Source: an uncultured Planctomycetota bacterium
GTDB taxonomy: Bacteria; Planctomycetota; Planctomycetia; Gemmatales; Gemmataceae
DNA: 64,000 nt
Assembly (NCBI GenBank): GCA_963849325.1
Contig: CAWKHF010000004.1
Location: 1-64,000, forward strand
Direction: 5' to 3'
Positions 61,320-64,000 of this stretch are shown here, piece after piece. Numbering within the stretch: the stretch's first letter is position 1; the number at the start of each line of letters is the position of its first letter. The translations under genes and the position numbers were made by a program. The notes beneath the pieces are model-generated. The model saw only the letters and a list, made by a program, of their open reading frames with translations. It did no database searches and had not been told where the DNA came from.

Positions 61320-61862
61320 TTAACCGAACTTGAGGTTGCGCCCTTCGAGGTGCGGCGGTTTTCCCTGCAATACGCTTTCCAGCACAGTGCGGATGCGCTC
61401 GGCCGGCGGCGGGCAGCCGGGCAGGAAGTAATCGACCGCCACCACCTGATGCAGTGGCCGCACACGCTCCAAGAGACGCGGCACGATGTCACGCTCGCTG
61501 GGAACCTGCGGATTGACATCGGCCAGTTCCACATAGGCGCGCTCCAGGACCGGCAGGGCGCTGCCGAGCGGATTGCGTAACGCCGTCACGTTGCCGGTCA
61601 CGGCGCAGTCGCCGAAGGCAACCAGAACGCGGCTGCGAGCGCGGACGAGTTGGAGGAAGTGAAAATGGTCCTCGTTGGCGACCGCGCCTTCGACAAGCGT
61701 GACATCCACGTTTTCGGAAAATTCCTTGATGTCGGCCAGCGGTGTGAAAACGATGTCGGCCATCTTCGCCAGGTCGATGAGCCATTCGTCCAGGTCGAGG
61801 AACGACATGTGGCAGCCGGAGCAGCCGCCCAGCCAGACGGTGGCGAGCCTCAGACGTTCCAT
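61320..61862 (-). CDS. hoxY: Bidirectional [NiFe]-hydrogenase small subunit
   Basis: LATVWLGGCSGCHMSFLDLDE, VEGAV, FGDCAVTGNV, LPGCPP. Confidence 0.9.
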   Translation of the reverse strand: MERLRLATVWLGGCSGCHMSFLDLDEWLIDLAKMADIVFTPLADIKEFSENVDVTLVEGAVANEDHFHFLQLVRARSRVLVAFGDCAVTGNVTALRNPLGSALPVLERAYVELADVNPQVPSERDIVPRLLERVRPLHQVVAVDYFLPGCPPPAERIRTVLESVLQGKPPHLEGRNLKFG

Positions 61863-61875
61863 TGCTTCTTCTCCC

Positions 61876-62886
61876 GAGCGTTGCGGCCACTTCTTCACGC
61901 CGCCCTCGCCAGGCTTCGTCCGAGGCGCTCATGCCACCGAACGCTTCTTGGAGCAGGCCGTCCGCTTGATCCGTTTCAGTGACATCGCCAACGTCGCCGC
62001 TTTCCTGGGCGTTGCCGAGAAAACCTTGGAAAAGTGGTACGACGACGACGTGGAGCGACAACGGCAGACGCCCCACGTCCCTCTCCAGCCCATCCGCCAA
62101 CTGGGCATTGATGAGTTGGCGTTAAAAAAAAAGTCGGCCAGTTCGTAGCCGTGATCATCGATCATAGCAACGGCCGTGTGCTGGATGTGCTGAAAAGACG
62201 CGAAAAACAGGTGATTCGAGCGTACTTGGAGCGTGGGCGGATGGCGGGTTTGTTGGCCCGGGTGGTCGAAGTCACGACCGACATGTGGGAGGGTTACGTG
62301 CAGGCGGCGCGAGAGGTGTTTGGGGAAGGGGTGCGGGTCACCATCGACCGCTTCCATGTGATGAAGAACTTTCAGGACCACTTGACGGCAGCACGTCGGG
62401 AGAGCCAGCGTCAATTGCCCCGCGAAGAGGCGAAGGCCCTGAAGGGGACACGTTGGCTGTGGTTGACCAACGCGGAGAACTTGACGGAGCAGGAACAAGC
62501 CGAACTGACCGTGTTGCAAGAACCGTTTCCGCTGCTGGGTCGGTTACGGCGGCAGCGCGAGCGTTTGCGTCTTCTTTTTGAAGATGCAGAGATCGACACG
62601 GCAGCGGCCGGGATGAAGTACCTGCGTGCTTGGATGCAGGAAGTTCGGGCTTTGGGTGTGAAGGCGTTGGATAGCTTCTGCAAGACATTGGATCATTGGC
62701 TGGAGAAGATCGCCAACTACGTTGTCAAGCGTGCCAGCAATGTTCGGGTGGAGGGGTTCAATACGGGCCTTCGGTCGATCCTGCGGCGAGCTTTTGGCAT
62801 CTTGAACTTTGAACACTTTCGCCTTCGGGTCTTGGATCGCTTTGGAGTGCCGAGTCCAGCCTAATCAGCAAAGCTCGCGGAGAGCC
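61876..62886 (+). mobile_element. ISL3-family element, left end deleted; transposase split at A9G run
   Basis: CGHFFT zinc-finger remnant, LGIDELALKK / GQFVAVIID, VTTDMW, IDRFHV, SNVRVEGFN; right end reads GGCTCT on the minus strand (62886). Confidence 0.88.
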
Positions 62887-63459
62887 AACTTTCTTTGCCT
62901 CCCGAACTCCCGGCGTGCCTTTCCGCAGCCCCTTGACTGCCAGCAGGGCGTGGTAGACCGTGCCGGGGATCAGGTCTTCCTCGACAGCGTAGGCGAACAT
63001 CCGCTTGATGCGGTTCACCTGGCTGTTGACGTAGCTCCGCGACCAGTTCTTCGCGATCATCGCCTCGCGGACCCTCTTCAGATCCTTGGGGCGGAAGGCG
63101 TCGGCCGGCTCCCGGCCGTAGCCCTGCTCCTGTAGCACGGTCAGAGCGTCGTTGATGCAGCCGGCCTCCTTGTTCTCGCCGTGATTGGGCCGATAATAGT
63201 CACGGGCGTGCTTCAGGTAGGCCAGGATCACCTCGTTGATCGTGGGGTGGTCGTTCGGCACCAGCGGCTCGTCAGTCGTCACTTCGGGTTGCTTCTGGCG
63301 CTGTTGCCAGGCCCGTATCAGGGCCGCGTACTTCTGCTTGCTGCTGGGTGAGCCGAACGGCCCCAGGTAATGGTCATGGCCATCGATGGTGACGACAGCA
63401 CAATTTCGGGCCTTGTGGTGGCGGTACGAGGGAATTGCTCCCTTCTTCAGTCGTGGCAT
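62887..63459 (-). pseudogene. Tyrosine integrase N-terminal half, interrupted by ISL3
   Basis: PSYRHHKA..AVVTIDGHDHYLGPFGS..YLKHARDYY..WSRSYVNSQVNRIKRMF..GLRKG; catalytic domain missing. Confidence 0.85.
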
Positions 63460-63477
63460 GGCTGCTGACTCCGGTTT

Positions 63478-63498
63478 ATCCAGTACCGTGTACTGGAT
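63478..63498. promoter_or_regulatory. Perfect 9-bp inverted repeat 18 bp upstream of the integrase start; possible operator
   Basis: atccagtac-cgt-gtactggat. Confidence 0.5.
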
Positions 63499-63566
63499 TT
63501 CGGGTTCAGCCGCCTTTCCCGACCGTCGGGAGGTAGCGTAAGTTGCTGTCGGCTTTCAAGTTATAG

Positions 63567-63608
63567 TGGGCGCTACTGGACTTGAACCAGTGACCCCCAG
63601 CTTGTCGA
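63567..63608 (-). tRNA. 3' half of tRNA-Val(GAC); att-site duplication, not a complete gene
   Basis: Minus strand tcGACaagctgggggtcACTGGTTCAAGTCCAGTagcgccca: anticodon loop, T arm, acceptor 3' strand; no D arm or 5' strand upstream. Confidence 0.85.
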
Positions 63609-63738
63609 TCAATCCTGGGTCGAGCTTTCTTGATGCTGAAAGCCATTATCTCCCTTCATGTTACGCAGACGGGTTCGCTCAGTCAATCGTGGTCAAACGT
63701 GATAAATCGCATTCTTGCAAGTCCTTGATAATCAAGAA

Positions 63739-63780
63739 CTTCCGAATTTGGCCTTTTCGCAATTCGGAAGAATTCGGAAG
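63739..63780. repeat. Three copies of AATTCGGAAG (one inverted, two tandem); probable integrase arm-type sites
   Basis: cttccgaatt 63739-63748; aattcggaag 63761-63770 and 63771-63780. Confidence 0.6.
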
Positions 63781-63807
63781 CAGTGAAGCGCTGACCCACG
63801 GTGCAAT

Positions 63808-64000
63808 CTAACCCATGACCACCAGCCTCAAACGCTGGTGGTCATGGGTTGGGTAGAACAAGCTGCTCAAGGGGGGTCGCATCTCCCCCGCCATGTTCGC
63901 CTGCCAGACCTTCCCGGTCCTGACCTCCAGCGCCGTGAGCCAGCCCCCGCCGTGGCAGAAGGTGTCGATGCACTTCAGGTAGCCGAGGTCCAGAACCTCG
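63808..64000 (-). CDS. C-terminus of a metallophosphoesterase (Ser/Thr phosphatase-like); partial
   Basis: LGYLKCIDTFCHGGGWLTALEVRTGKVWQAN. Confidence 0.6.
   Translation of the reverse strand, partial: EVLDLGYLKCIDTFCHGGGWLTALEVRTGKVWQANMAGEMRPPLSSLFYPTHDHQRLRLVVMG
63810..63850. terminator. Perfect 17-bp stem-loop at the 3' end of the minus-strand gene
   Basis: aacccatgaccaccagc-ctcaaac-gctggtggtcatgggtt; no clear U tract. Confidence 0.5.

Noticed and set aside
63567-63640. Functional tRNA-Val gene
   Set aside because: D arm and 5' acceptor strand are absent.
63566-63811. 81-aa ORF MGATGLEPVTPSLS
   Set aside because: Translation of the antisense tRNA fragment, a known spurious pattern.
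1-64000. CRISPR array, cas genes, retron/RT or DGR
   Set aside because: No regularly spaced repeat-spacer array and no RT or Cas motifs were seen.

Overview
High-GC Planctomycetota (Gemmataceae-like) accessory region. The PSD1/DUF1553, DUF1501, PVC-type heme protein and sulfatase genes are typical of that group. The window is bracketed by two broken tyrosine integrases, and the right one lies next to a duplicated 3' half of tRNA-Val(GAC), i.e. an att scar. From left to right it carries: (1) a beta-helix secreted protein and a SNF2 helicase + SWIM zinc-finger pair; (2) an about 23-kb oxygen/NO-response block, with a globin-coupled kinase, REC relay, ANTAR and sigma-54 activator genes, three good sigma-54 promoters, a di-iron MBL protein, ackA-xfp, two hemerythrins, Rrf2, qNor and an NnrS-like protein, plus several deletion-eroded genes; (3) the best candidate for an undescribed system, a tightly spaced three-gene locus of a 1421-aa multi-TM patatin/cPLA2-like phospholipase, an RdrA-like P-loop ATPase and an RdrB-like adenosine deaminase, i.e. 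a RADAR-type antiphage system with a phospholipase partner; (4) sulfatase/esterase and PVC cytochrome clusters; (5) a hydrogenase (hox) relic destroyed by IS elements. About 20 genes contain 1-nt frameshifts, many in G/C runs and one pair compensating. These look like long-read assembly errors, so intactness of the split genes cannot be decided here. All family calls come from motif recognition, not database searches.
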